Below, one piece after another: positions 9,381 to 19,678 of a stretch of 64,000 bases of DNA (positions within the stretch are counted from its first letter, which is position 1; each line of letters opens with the position of its first letter). Source of the stretch: Lachnospiraceae bacterium. GTDB taxonomy: Bacteria > Bacillota > Clostridia > Lachnospirales > Lachnospiraceae. Location: assembly GCA_004552595.1 (NCBI GenBank), contig SFNX01000005.1, forward strand, positions 47,496 to 111,495. Direction: 5' to 3'. The notes beneath the pieces were generated by a model. The model saw only the letters and a list, made by a program, of their open reading frames with translations, ran no database searches and was not told the DNA's origin. The translations under genes were made by a program, and so were the position numbers.

Positions 9381-10499
9381 ATGAAAAAAAGAGTTGTTAT
9401 AACAGAATATCAGAAAAAAGTATTGGTTTTATTTTTACATGATGATAAATGCATAAAAATAAGAGCAGTTGATTCAATCCATGATACTTCTGATTCGGTT
9501 TTTCTTGGAAGAGTTGATAAAGTACTTAAAAATATTGATGCAAGCTTTGTAAGATGTAATAAAACCTCAATGTATTTAAAAGGGACACAATACAAGCCGG
9601 AGACGGTTATTCCCGTAATGCTAAAAAAAGAAACCGACGTTAATAAAAAAGATGCAATAACAGATGAAATATCATTATCAGGTCTTTTTGTTATTGTAAA
9701 TAAATGTATTGACGGCGTTAAATTTTCATCAAGAATACGTGATAAAAGCAAAATATGTACAGATAATCTGAATAATGTAATTATCAGACAAAATGCAGTC
9801 TATGCAAATACAGAGTCAATATACAATGAATATAAATACTTATCAAAAATTCTTGATAATATTTATAAAAATAAAGATAAAAGAACAGATAATTCTATTT
9901 TGTATTTAGGTCTGCCGGAATTATTAAATATATTGTTTACTGAAGATATATGTAATTACGATGAAATACTTACTGATTCAGATGAAGTATTTGAGCTTAT
10001 TAATGATTTTTGCAATAACTATAAATCCAAGAATATCGATGTAAATATACAATTTAAAAAATATGAAGACAAAATGGTTCCGCTTTCAGCGCTTATTTCA
10101 TTATCTTCAAAGCTTGAAAGGGCTACAAGCAGAATAGTCCATCTTAAATCCGATGCGTATATTACAATTGATAAGACAGAAGCGCTTACAGTAATAGATG
10201 TTAACAGCGGTAATACTACATTTAAAGGAGATAGGGCAACTGTAATTCATTCGATAAATATTGAAGCCGCAAAGGAAGTAGTATTACAGCTTAAGCTTAG
10301 AAATATTTCAGGAATTATCATTGTTGATTTCATCAATGAACAAAAATCAGAATATAACGATGAATTAATTAAAACAATAAAAGAAGAACTTAAAACCGAT
10401 GACCAGGGAGCAAAATGTTATGGATTAACAAAGCTTGGTCTTGTTGAAATTTCAAGAAAAAGAATAAGTAAGACACTTAAGGAACAGTTATGGACATAG
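9381..10499 (+). CDS. Short RNase E/G-family ribonuclease
   Basis: 372 aa. S1-like N-terminus (VFLGRVDKVLKNIDASFV). Catalytic-domain motifs TVIDVNSG and GIIIVDFI. Shorter than typical Rng (about 490 aa). Starts 1 nt after the preceding stop and overlaps mutS by 10 nt. Confidence 0.75.
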   Translation: MKKRVVITEYQKKVLVLFLHDDKCIKIRAVDSIHDTSDSVFLGRVDKVLKNIDASFVRCNKTSMYLKGTQYKPETVIPVMLKKETDVNKKDAITDEISLSGLFVIVNKCIDGVKFSSRIRDKSKICTDNLNNVIIRQNAVYANTESIYNEYKYLSKILDNIYKNKDKRTDNSILYLGLPELLNILFTEDICNYDEILTDSDEVFELINDFCNNYKSKNIDVNIQFKKYEDKMVPLSALISLSSKLERATSRIVHLKSDAYITIDKTEALTVIDVNSGNTTFKGDRATVIHSINIEAAKEVVLQLKLRNISGIIIVDFINEQKSEYNDELIKTIKEELKTDDQGAKCYGLTKLGLVEISRKRISKTLKEQLWT

Positions 10500-13141
10500 A
10501 CATTAAAAATCTTTCTCCAATGATGCAAAACTATATACAGACTAAAGAGGAATACAAAGACTGTATTCTCTTTTATCGTCTCGGTGATTTCTATGAAATG
10601 TTTTTTGATGATGCCTTACTTGCATCAAAAGAACTTGAACTAACATTAACAGGTAAAAACTGCGGACTATTGGAAAGGGCACCAATGTGTGGAGTCCCGT
10701 TTCATGCCGCAGAAAATTACATTAATAAACTTGTTGCTAAAGGATATAAAGTTGCAATATGTGAACAGGTTGAAGATCCAAAGCTTGCAAAAGGACTTGT
10801 AAAACGTGAAGTAATAAGAGTTGCAACTCCCGGAACAAATATTGATGTTGCTTCGCTTGATGAGAGCAGAAATAACTATATCATGTCTATTGTATATGTC
10901 CTTGGTAATTTTGGATTTGCAATTTCCGATGTCACGACAGGTGTATTTTATGTAACTGAAGTCAACACACTGCAAAAGCTTACTGATGAAATATATAAAT
11001 TTAATCCATCTGAAATTATATGTAATGAGTCATTTTTACTCTCAGGAATAAATATCGAAGAACTTAGGACTAAGCTTTCTGTAACTTTATATTCGCTTGA
11101 ATCATGGTACTTTGACGACACAGCGTGTGAAGATATACTAAAAAGTCATTTTAAAGTTACAAATTTATCGGGGCTTGGTCTTCATGATCTAAACTGCGGA
11201 AAAGTGGCGGCCGGTTCACTTTTAAAATATCTATACGAAACCCAGAAAAACTCTCTTGAACATATTTTATCAATTACACCATACAATATTTCTGATTTCA
11301 TGCTTATTGATTCCTCCACAAGAAGAAATCTTGAGCTTACAGAAACAATGCGTGATAAAAATAAAAGAGGCTCATTATTATGGGTACTTGATAAGTGCAA
11401 AACAGCAATGGGTTCAAGAATGATAAGAAGTTTTATTGAGCAGCCGCTTATCAATAAAGAAAGAATTACACTTAGACTTGATGCTGTTGAAGCATTATTT
11501 AAAAATGCAATTACACGTGAAGAATTAAGAGAATATTTAAGTCCAATATACGATCTTGAAAGATTAATGAGTAAAATCAGCTATAAATCCGCCAATCCAA
11601 GGGATTTAATTGCATTAAGAAATTCATTAAAACTATTACCGGCTATAAAACAACAGCTTTCGGATTTTAAATCAGGTATTCTTGGTGAATTATATGATAA
11701 GCTTGATGATTTAAATGACATTTTCTTACTTATAGAAAACTCAATAAATGAAGAAGCACCAATTACAATTAAAGAAGGCGGAATAATAAAAGAGGGCTAT
11801 AATGAGACAATTGACAATTTAAGAAATGCAAAAGTATTAGGAAAGAAATGGCTTACCGAACTTGAAGCTTCTGACAAGGAACGTACCGGAATTAAAAATT
11901 TAAGAATTAAATATAACAGAGTATTCGGCTATTATTTTGAAGTAACAAATTCATTTAAAGAACTTGTACCTGATGACTATGTAAGAAAACAGACTCTTGC
12001 AAATGCCGAGAGATATACAAATGATAAATTAAAGGAACTTGAAGATACAATATTAAATGCAGAAGATAAGCTTTTTTCGCTTGAATATGATATTTTCTGT
12101 GAAATACGTGATTTGATTTCTACAAATGTATCAAGGATACAAAATACCGCACATGTAATAGCAACACTTGATGCATTCTGTTCTTTGGCATATGTCAGTG
12201 AGGCTAACAGATATACAAGACCGAAAATCAATACAAAAGGTATTATTGATATTAAAGGCGGAAGACATCCTGTAATCGAGAAGATGATACCTGACGGTAT
12301 GTTTATTTCAAATGATACATATCTTGATAATGCAAAAAACAGAATTTCAATTATAACAGGTCCGAATATGGCCGGTAAATCAACGTATATGCGTCAAAGT
12401 GCATTAATTGTTCTAATGGCACAAATCGGCTGTTTTGTCCCTGCAGATTCATCCAATATTGGTGTATGTGACAGAATATTTACAAGAGTTGGAGCTTCTG
12501 ATGATTTATCACTCGGTCAGTCAACATTTATGGTTGAAATGGCTGAAGTGGCAAATATTTTAAGAAATGCAACAGATAAAAGTTTGTTAATACTTGATGA
12601 AATAGGACGTGGAACATCTACCTTTGACGGGTTGTCCATTGCCTGGGCTGTTGTTGAATACATTTCAGATACAAAGCTTCTTGGCGCAAAGACATTATTT
12701 GCAACACATTATCATGAGCTTACTGAACTTGAAGGAAAGCTGCCAGTTAAAGAACAGGGCGATGATGTAGTATTTTTACGTAAAATTGTCAAGGGCGGAG
12801 CTGATAAGAGCTACGGTATTGCAGTTGCAAAGCTTGCAGGAGTTCCAAATACCGTAATAATGAGGGCTAAGGAATTAGCAGATGAATTAACAGAAAATGA
12901 TATTTCATCAAAAATAAAGTCTATTGCTTCAGAAACAACAAATGTATCAAATAAAAGAAGCAAAAAGGTAAGACAGTTAGATGAAGTAGATCTTAATCAG
13001 ATGTCTTTATTTGATACAGATACTGATGAAGATATATTAAATGAAATAAAAACATTGGACATTAATTCACTAACACCAATTGAGGCTATAAATACATTAA
13101 GCAGTCTGCAGAGCAGACTAAAAAACAGGTGGAAAATCTGA
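10490..13141 (+). CDS. mutS: DNA mismatch repair protein MutS
   Basis: 883 aa. LSPMMQNY N-terminus, Walker A GPNMAGKST, Walker B LLILDEIGRGTST, and THYHELT. Confidence 0.95.
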   Translation: MDIDIKNLSPMMQNYIQTKEEYKDCILFYRLGDFYEMFFDDALLASKELELTLTGKNCGLLERAPMCGVPFHAAENYINKLVAKGYKVAICEQVEDPKLAKGLVKREVIRVATPGTNIDVASLDESRNNYIMSIVYVLGNFGFAISDVTTGVFYVTEVNTLQKLTDEIYKFNPSEIICNESFLLSGINIEELRTKLSVTLYSLESWYFDDTACEDILKSHFKVTNLSGLGLHDLNCGKVAAGSLLKYLYETQKNSLEHILSITPYNISDFMLIDSSTRRNLELTETMRDKNKRGSLLWVLDKCKTAMGSRMIRSFIEQPLINKERITLRLDAVEALFKNAITREELREYLSPIYDLERLMSKISYKSANPRDLIALRNSLKLLPAIKQQLSDFKSGILGELYDKLDDLNDIFLLIENSINEEAPITIKEGGIIKEGYNETIDNLRNAKVLGKKWLTELEASDKERTGIKNLRIKYNRVFGYYFEVTNSFKELVPDDYVRKQTLANAERYTNDKLKELEDTILNAEDKLFSLEYDIFCEIRDLISTNVSRIQNTAHVIATLDAFCSLAYVSEANRYTRPKINTKGIIDIKGGRHPVIEKMIPDGMFISNDTYLDNAKNRISIITGPNMAGKSTYMRQSALIVLMAQIGCFVPADSSNIGVCDRIFTRVGASDDLSLGQSTFMVEMAEVANILRNATDKSLLILDEIGRGTSTFDGLSIAWAVVEYISDTKLLGAKTLFATHYHELTELEGKLPVKEQGDDVVFLRKIVKGGADKSYGIAVAKLAGVPNTVIMRAKELADELTENDISSKIKSIASETTNVSNKRSKKVRQLDEVDLNQMSLFDTDTDEDILNEIKTLDINSLTPIEAINTLSSLQSRLKNRWKI

Positions 13142-13144
13142 TAA

Positions 13145-14932
13145 ATGAAAAATATAAATATTCTTGATTCAAATACAATCGATAAAATTGCTGCAGGTGA
13201 AGTCGTTGAAAGACCGTCAGCTGTTGTAAAGGAACTTGTCGAAAATTCAATTGATGCAAATGCAGATGCGGTTACAATTGAAATAAAAGACGGCGGTATT
13301 TCTTTTATTAGGATTACCGACAACGGTGAGGGAATTGACAGGTCACAGATAAAAAAAGCATTTATGCGTCATGCAACATCAAAAATAAAAAGTGTTGAGG
13401 ATTTAATCTCTGTAACCAGTCTTGGTTTCAGAGGAGAAGCTTTATCAAGCATTAGTGCTGTAGGTAAAGTCGAATTTCTTACAAAAACCAAAACTGACTT
13501 TATTGGGACAAGATATGTTGTAGAGGGTGGCAGAGAATGTGTATTTGAGGATGCAGGAATCCCTGATGGAACAACAATAATTGTAAGAGATTTATTTTTT
13601 AATGTACCTGCAAGAAAGAAATTTTTAAAGTCACCATCAAGTGAAGGAAATAACATTACAGAACTTATTGAGCACATGATATTATCACATCCGAATATCA
13701 GCTTTAAGTATATTTATAACGGGAATGTCAAGCTTCAAAGTTCAGGAAAAAACGATATAAAAAGCTGTATTTATAATGTTTACGGACGTGATATAGCTAA
13801 CGGTTTAATTGAAGTAAAGTCAATACGAGATGATATTTCAATTCATGGCTTTATAGGAAAGCCCGAGCTTGCAAGAGCTACAAGAAATTTTGAAATTTAT
13901 TTTGTAAATAACAGATTTATTAAAAGCACGTTAATTGACAGGGCACTTGAAGAAGCATACAAGGATTATCTTATGCTTCATAAATACCCGACTGTTTTTT
14001 TGTATTTTGAAATACCGTCTCATTTAATTGATGTAAATGTGCATCCTACCAAGCGTGAAATTCGCTTTTTCGAAGGTGAAGCATTGAAATGTTATATTGT
14101 CGATGTGATTAAAAATGCACTTATTAACAAGGAACTTATTAAAGAGATTGTTGAAGAATATCATGAAAAACCTTCAGTTAAAGAATCGGAAATTAATAAA
14201 GAACCGTTTGAAACGATAAATCATATTATTGAATCATCATATAATAATTACTATTCATCAGAAATTGAAAAAGAGGATGAAAGTACAGATATTAATGATA
14301 AAAACGAACAGCTTACGCTTTTTGATGATAAATTTATCAGTGAAGAGTCTATAAAGAAACATCGAATAATCGGACAACTTTTTAATACATACTGGCTAAT
14401 TGAATTTGAGAATAAATTATTCATTGTTGACCAGCATGCTGCACATGAAAAGGTTAATTACGAACGACTTATAAAAAAATTAAGAAACAACGAGAACTGT
14501 TCACAAAATATTTATCCGCCAATTGTTGTTTCTCTTTCAAATGCAGAGGCTCAGTATGTTACAAAATATAATGAAAATTTTTTAAATGTCGGCTTTACAA
14601 TAGAGCACTTTGGAGGGCTTGATTATACTATAAGTACTGTTCCGATGGAGCTATTAAGCCAGAATCCGGCAGATTATTTTCATGAAATGCTTGATGAATT
14701 GATGGAAGGCAAAAATTCAAAAGAAACAGAGACAGTCAATTTGAAAATCGCAACAATGGCATGCAAAGCTTCCGTAAAGGGTAATATGCATTTATCTGTA
14801 TTTGAAGCTGACAAGCTTATTTCAGAACTTCTTACACTTGAAAATCCTTATAATTGTCCTCATGGAAGACCTACTATTATTTCATTTTCTAAATATGAAA
14901 TAGAGAAGATGTTTAAAAGGATTGTTAATTAG
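13145..14932 (+). CDS. mutL: DNA mismatch repair protein MutL
   Basis: 595 aa. GHKL ATPase motifs (IAAGEVVERPSAVVKELVENSIDA, TDNGEGI, GFRGEAL). C-terminal endonuclease-type domain (CPHGRP). Confidence 0.95.
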   Translation: MKNINILDSNTIDKIAAGEVVERPSAVVKELVENSIDANADAVTIEIKDGGISFIRITDNGEGIDRSQIKKAFMRHATSKIKSVEDLISVTSLGFRGEALSSISAVGKVEFLTKTKTDFIGTRYVVEGGRECVFEDAGIPDGTTIIVRDLFFNVPARKKFLKSPSSEGNNITELIEHMILSHPNISFKYIYNGNVKLQSSGKNDIKSCIYNVYGRDIANGLIEVKSIRDDISIHGFIGKPELARATRNFEIYFVNNRFIKSTLIDRALEEAYKDYLMLHKYPTVFLYFEIPSHLIDVNVHPTKREIRFFEGEALKCYIVDVIKNALINKELIKEIVEEYHEKPSVKESEINKEPFETINHIIESSYNNYYSSEIEKEDESTDINDKNEQLTLFDDKFISEESIKKHRIIGQLFNTYWLIEFENKLFIVDQHAAHEKVNYERLIKKLRNNENCSQNIYPPIVVSLSNAEAQYVTKYNENFLNVGFTIEHFGGLDYTISTVPMELLSQNPADYFHEMLDELMEGKNSKETETVNLKIATMACKASVKGNMHLSVFEADKLISELLTLENPYNCPHGRPTIISFSKYEIEKMFKRIVN

Positions 14933-14969
14933 TTCATTTATTTTTATTATACAACTTAAGGTTTAGTTA

Positions 14970-15929
14970 ATGCAGAATAACGATAAACAAAGCTTAATAA
15001 TTATTGCAGGTCCTACTGCTGTTGGCAAAACTGCACTTTCAATTGAGCTTGCAAAGTCAATAAATGCAAGTATTATATCTGCTGATTCAATGCAGGTATA
15101 TAAACATATGGATATTGGTTCTGCTAAGGTCACAAAAGATGAAATGCAGGGAATAAAGCATTATCTTATTGATGTGTTAGAGCCCGAAGAAGAATTTAAT
15201 ATCGCGACATTTAAACAGTTTGCTAAAAATGATATTGAATATATTAAAAATGACGGAAAAATACCGATAATTGCAGGAGGAACCGGATTTTATATTCAGG
15301 CACTTTTATATGATATTAATTTTGATGATGATGCAAATAAAAGTGATGAAATACGAGACAGACTTGAAAATTTAATTACTACAAAAGGGAATGAATTTGT
15401 TCATAATATGCTTAGAAAGGTAGATGAAAAAGCTGCAAATGAAATTCATCCAAATAATGTAAAAAGAGTAATTAGGGCACTTGAATATCATTATCTTACA
15501 GGTGAGAAAATATCAAAGCATAACGAAACAGAACGAATAAAAGAATCGCCTTATAATTTTAAATATTTTGTAATCAATGAGGACAGAGCCCTTTTATATA
15601 AAAACATTGATAAACGTGTTGATATTATGATTGAAAACGGTCTTGTTGATGAAGTAAAAGCGCTTAAGGAAAGAGGTCTTACAAAAGACAATATTTCTAT
15701 GCAGGGACTTGGATATAAGGAGATTCTTTCTTATCTGAACAATGATATATCTTTAGAAGAAGCAGTTTACATAATTAAGAGAGATACGAGACATTTCGCC
15801 AAAAGACAGCTTACATGGTTTAAGCGTGAAAAAGATGTAATTTGGATCAATAAAGAAGATTTTTCATTTGATAATAATAAAATAATAGAATTTATGAAGG
15901 AGCAATTAAAAGGTGCAGGAATTATATAA
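14970..15929 (+). CDS. miaA: tRNA dimethylallyltransferase
   Basis: 319 aa. P-loop GPTAVGKT, then DSMQVYKHMDIGSAK and RQLTWF motifs. Confidence 0.92.
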   Translation: MQNNDKQSLIIIAGPTAVGKTALSIELAKSINASIISADSMQVYKHMDIGSAKVTKDEMQGIKHYLIDVLEPEEEFNIATFKQFAKNDIEYIKNDGKIPIIAGGTGFYIQALLYDINFDDDANKSDEIRDRLENLITTKGNEFVHNMLRKVDEKAANEIHPNNVKRVIRALEYHYLTGEKISKHNETERIKESPYNFKYFVINEDRALLYKNIDKRVDIMIENGLVDEVKALKERGLTKDNISMQGLGYKEILSYLNNDISLEEAVYIIKRDTRHFAKRQLTWFKREKDVIWINKEDFSFDNNKIIEFMKEQLKGAGII

Positions 15930-17190
15930 AGAACTTGGAATTTGCGAAGAGGTATATAAGTTATCAAAGGATGTATTAGACAGCCTTGAATTGAGATTTA
16001 AGGAAATTGATAAAATTACAGAATATAACCAGCTTAAGGTGCTAAAGGCTATGCAGGAAAATAAAGTTTCCGAAGCATGCTTATACAGTTCAACCGGATA
16101 TGGCTATAACGACATAGGAAGAGACACTTTGGAAAAAGTGTACGCTTCATATTTTCATACAGAGGATGCTCTTGTAAGACCTCAAATTGCATGTGGCACT
16201 CACGCACTTGCTATTGCACTTTCTGCAAATTTGCGACCGGGAGATGAGCTTTTTTCTCCTGTAGGAAAGCCTTATGACACATTAGAAGAAGTTATCGGAA
16301 TAAGAGAATCTAAAGGTTCACTTAAAGAATTCAATATTACATACAGACAGGCCGAACTTAATGAAGACGGAAGTATTAATTTCGATAATATTAAAAAATG
16401 CATTAACGAAAAAACAAAGCTTGCTACAATTCAAAGATCAAAAGGCTATTTAACAAGACCAACTCTTTCGGTAAAACAGATAGGAGATATTATTTGCTTC
16501 ATAAAATCAATAAAAAAAGATATTATCTGTATGGTTGATAACTGCTACGGCGAATTTGTAGAAACAATCGAACCATCAGATGTTAATGCCGACCTTGTTG
16601 TTGGATCACTTATTAAAAATCCGGGTGGTGGACTTGCACCAATTGGTGGATATATTGCAGGAAGAAAAGACTTGGTTGAAAATTGTGCGTATAGACTTAC
16701 AACACCGGGGCTTGGAAAGGAAGTTGGTGCCACATTAAATGTTAATTCGCTGTTTTATCAGGGGTTCTTCATGGCACCAAGTGTTGTAAATGCAGCACTT
16801 AAAGGTGCAATATTTGCAGCCAACATTTATGAAAAACTCGGTTTTTCTGTCTTTCCTGATTCAAAAGAAGAAAGACATGACATTATTCAGGCTGTAACAC
16901 TTAATAGTAAAGAAGCCGTAATTGCATTCTGTAAAGGCATTCAGGCGGCGGCACCGATTGACAGCTTTGTTTCTCCTGAACCTTGGGCAATGCCCGGATA
17001 TGATTCGGATGTAATTATGGCTGCCGGTGCATTTGTTTCGGGTTCTTCGATTGAATTAAGTGCTGACGGTCCTATTAAACCACCTTATAATGTATATTTT
17101 CAGGGTGGACTTACTGTTAATCATGCAATTTTTGGCATTATTAAATCAGTCCAGTCTTTATATGATGAAAATCTTGTTAAGATATCGTAA
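15913..17190 (+). CDS. PLP-dependent methionine gamma-lyase-family protein (YnbB / aluminium-resistance-protein type)
   Basis: 425 aa. Colinear with the YnbB-type family that commonly follows miaA. The GTG start overlaps the miaA stop by 17 nt. No hfq between miaA and this gene. Confidence 0.7.
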   Translation: MQELYKELGICEEVYKLSKDVLDSLELRFKEIDKITEYNQLKVLKAMQENKVSEACLYSSTGYGYNDIGRDTLEKVYASYFHTEDALVRPQIACGTHALAIALSANLRPGDELFSPVGKPYDTLEEVIGIRESKGSLKEFNITYRQAELNEDGSINFDNIKKCINEKTKLATIQRSKGYLTRPTLSVKQIGDIICFIKSIKKDIICMVDNCYGEFVETIEPSDVNADLVVGSLIKNPGGGLAPIGGYIAGRKDLVENCAYRLTTPGLGKEVGATLNVNSLFYQGFFMAPSVVNAALKGAIFAANIYEKLGFSVFPDSKEERHDIIQAVTLNSKEAVIAFCKGIQAAAPIDSFVSPEPWAMPGYDSDVIMAAGAFVSGSSIELSADGPIKPPYNVYFQGGLTVNHAIFGIIKSVQSLYDENLVKIS

Positions 17191-17281
17191 AAATGATATT
17201 ATTACTACATGTTGTATATAAACAAATAATATCAATTAATATATACAATTAATCATTTAATTTTATTACAGAGGTATAACT

Positions 17282-18292
17282 GTGGCGGTTTCAGCAATCG
17301 GATTAGATTTAGGTACATACAACATTAAATTATATAACGGAATAGATGATACGATTCATACACATAAAAACATGATTGCTATTCAGAATAAACATCATGT
17401 TTTGGCATATGGTGATGAAGCTTTCAAAATGTATGAAAAGACTCCTGAATCTATTGAGATATCGTTTCCTGTAACAAACGGTGTAATAGCTGATATTCAC
17501 CATATGCAGCTCCTTTTACACAACTTTGTTATTGATTCAACAGGTGGAAATTTCAGATCGGCAGATTATTATATTTCAGTACCTACTGATATTACAGAAG
17601 TTGAGAAACGTGCCTTCTTTGACCTTGTAAATGACTCGAATGTTAAGCCTCGTAATATTTATATTGTTGAAAAGGCAATAGCTGACGGTGTCGGACTTGC
17701 CCCTGATATTAAGAATTTCCAAGGCGCATTAATAGTTAATATCGGATATGAAACTACAGAAATATCTGTATTATCAATGGGTGGAATAGTTCTTTCAAAG
17801 CTTATTAAAATTGGCGGTAAAAAATTCGACGAATCGATTAAAAATATAATCCGTAAGGAGTATAATTTGTATATCGGTAATAAAACTGCTGAGCGTGTTA
17901 AAATATCTCTTCCTGAGCTTGAAGCAGATGAAGAGGATGCAGTGCTTTACGGCAGAGATATCGTAACCGGACTCCCTGTTGAGAGAACTATACCGACGAA
18001 CATGATTGAAAAAGCGATGCATGAGAACTTCGATACAATCATTGACAATGTTCGTGCTATACTTGAAAGAACACCACCGGAGCTTGGTGCAGACATATAT
18101 AAGAGGGGAATTTATTTAACCGGCGGTTCAGCTGTAATCGGTGATTTGCATGAACTTATTGCACAATCAACAGGACTTAAAGTTAACTTTGCACCGCATG
18201 GTCAGGAAAGCGTTGCATATGGACTATCCCAGATGATCAAAAATGAAGAATTACGGGGATTTGCATATTCAATGCAGGAGTTTAAAGAATAA
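17282..18292 (+). CDS. mreB: Rod-shape-determining actin homologue MreB
   Basis: 336 aa. Actin-fold phosphate motifs (IGLDLGTYN, NIGYETTEISV, LTGGSA). GTG start. Followed by mreC and mreD. Confidence 0.85.
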   Translation: MAVSAIGLDLGTYNIKLYNGIDDTIHTHKNMIAIQNKHHVLAYGDEAFKMYEKTPESIEISFPVTNGVIADIHHMQLLLHNFVIDSTGGNFRSADYYISVPTDITEVEKRAFFDLVNDSNVKPRNIYIVEKAIADGVGLAPDIKNFQGALIVNIGYETTEISVLSMGGIVLSKLIKIGGKKFDESIKNIIRKEYNLYIGNKTAERVKISLPELEADEEDAVLYGRDIVTGLPVERTIPTNMIEKAMHENFDTIIDNVRAILERTPPELGADIYKRGIYLTGGSAVIGDLHELIAQSTGLKVNFAPHGQESVAYGLSQMIKNEELRGFAYSMQEFKE

Positions 18293-18301
18293 AGGGGAAA
18301 A

Positions 18302-19165
18302 ATGGCAAGGAATCGAAGAAGGAAAAACAAAATAGAGATTCCGTCAAAATATATTTTGCTAATAATTTCAATCATATGTATTATTATGATGATTATTTCT
18401 TATACGGCAGATATCTTTTCAGGACCGCTTAAAGCGATCTCATCATATACTGTTGTACCATTTCAGAGAGGAATCGAAACTGCAGGCTCATGGCTTTTTA
18501 ACAGAACGGAAGATATTAAGCATCTCAATGAACTGACTGTAAAAGTTGAAGAACTGCAATCTCAGGTTGACGAGCTCACAATTAAAAACAACAAACTGAT
18601 GCAGGATAAATATGAACTGTCTGAATTAAGGCAGTTATTTAAGCTTTCAGAAAATTACGAAGAATATGACACTATCGGAGCCAGAATTATCGGCAAAGAT
18701 ACAGGAAACTGGTTTCAAACATTCCTTATTGATAAAGGAAGCAATGATGGTATTAGTGTCGATATGAATGTAATGGCAGGAAGCGGTCTTGTCGGTATTG
18801 TAACCGAGGTCGGGCCTAATTGGGCAACAGTAAATTCAATAATTAATGATGATGCAAATGTTTCCGGAATGATTCAGTCCACTTCGGATACACTCATTGT
18901 TGAAGGCTCACTTGAATTAATGAATAAAGGAATCATTAAGTTTTCACAGCTTGAAGACACTGAGGATGTAGTAAAAGTAGGAGACCAGATAGTAACATCA
19001 TATATTAGTAACAAATACCTTCCGGGTATTTCAATCGGGTATGTTACAGAGATAAATCTTGATTCGAACAACCTTACAAAATCAGGATATTTAACTCCGG
19101 TTGTTGACTTTAAGCATTTATCAACAGTGCTTGTCGTTACTGAACTTAAACAGCAGAAGGAATAA
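18302..19165 (+). CDS. mreC: Rod-shape-determining protein MreC
   Basis: 287 aa. N-terminal TM helix, coiled coil, and beta-barrel C-terminal domains (GSGLVGIVTEV). Position between mreB and mreD. Confidence 0.85.
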   Translation: MARNRRRKNKIEIPSKYILLIISIICIIMMIISYTADIFSGPLKAISSYTVVPFQRGIETAGSWLFNRTEDIKHLNELTVKVEELQSQVDELTIKNNKLMQDKYELSELRQLFKLSENYEEYDTIGARIIGKDTGNWFQTFLIDKGSNDGISVDMNVMAGSGLVGIVTEVGPNWATVNSIINDDANVSGMIQSTSDTLIVEGSLELMNKGIIKFSQLEDTEDVVKVGDQIVTSYISNKYLPGISIGYVTEINLDSNNLTKSGYLTPVVDFKHLSTVLVVTELKQQKE

Positions 19166-19169
19166 ATAT

Positions 19170-19676
19170 ATGCTTAGAAAACTGATTACTTTTTTAACTA
19201 TATATTTATGTTTTATACTTCAATGTTCTGTGTTTAATCATATTTCACTTGGCGGAATTGTTCCAAATATATTAATTATTATAACCGCATCATTTGGATT
19301 TATGAGAGGCCAGAATACGGGAATGGCTGTAGGGCTTGTTGCAGGTTTGTTTATTGATATTTTTTTTGGAAGTCCTTTTGGATTTATGGTTTTAATCTAT
19401 ACAATTATTGGATATTTAAACGGCTTCTTTAAGAATATATTTTATCCTGAAGATATAAAGCTTCCAATGATATTAATTACTGTAAGTGAGCTTGTTTATT
19501 GCATTTTGTATTATATTTTTAAGTTCTTATTAAGAGGAAGACTTAATATCGGTTATTATTTTGTTCATATTATGCTTCCTGAAATTGTATATACAATAAT
19601 TATTACTTTACCGCTGTATTTAATTATTGTATGGATAAATGAACATCTCGAAGCATATGAAAGAAGGAATTCGTAG
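19170..19676 (+). CDS. mreD: Rod-shape-determining protein MreD
   Basis: 168-aa polytopic membrane protein directly after mreC. Start taken at the ATG at 19170; the upstream TTG extension overlaps mreC. Confidence 0.75.
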   Translation: MLRKLITFLTIYLCFILQCSVFNHISLGGIVPNILIIITASFGFMRGQNTGMAVGLVAGLFIDIFFGSPFGFMVLIYTIIGYLNGFFKNIFYPEDIKLPMILITVSELVYCILYYIFKFLLRGRLNIGYYFVHIMLPEIVYTIIITLPLYLIIVWINEHLEAYERRNS

Positions 19677-19678
19677 AA

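Noticed and set aside
19101-19169. Upstream extensions of several track ORFs: mreD TTG at 19101, radical SAM GTG at 6796, 8669, lexA at 34146, obg TTG at 38623, ilvN at 44653, 61276, P-loop gene at 25804, carboxypeptidase at 24738
   Set aside because: In each case an internal ATG or GTG has a proper Shine-Dalgarno sequence, matches the family N-terminus and removes an implausible overlap with the upstream gene. The start choices remain predictions.
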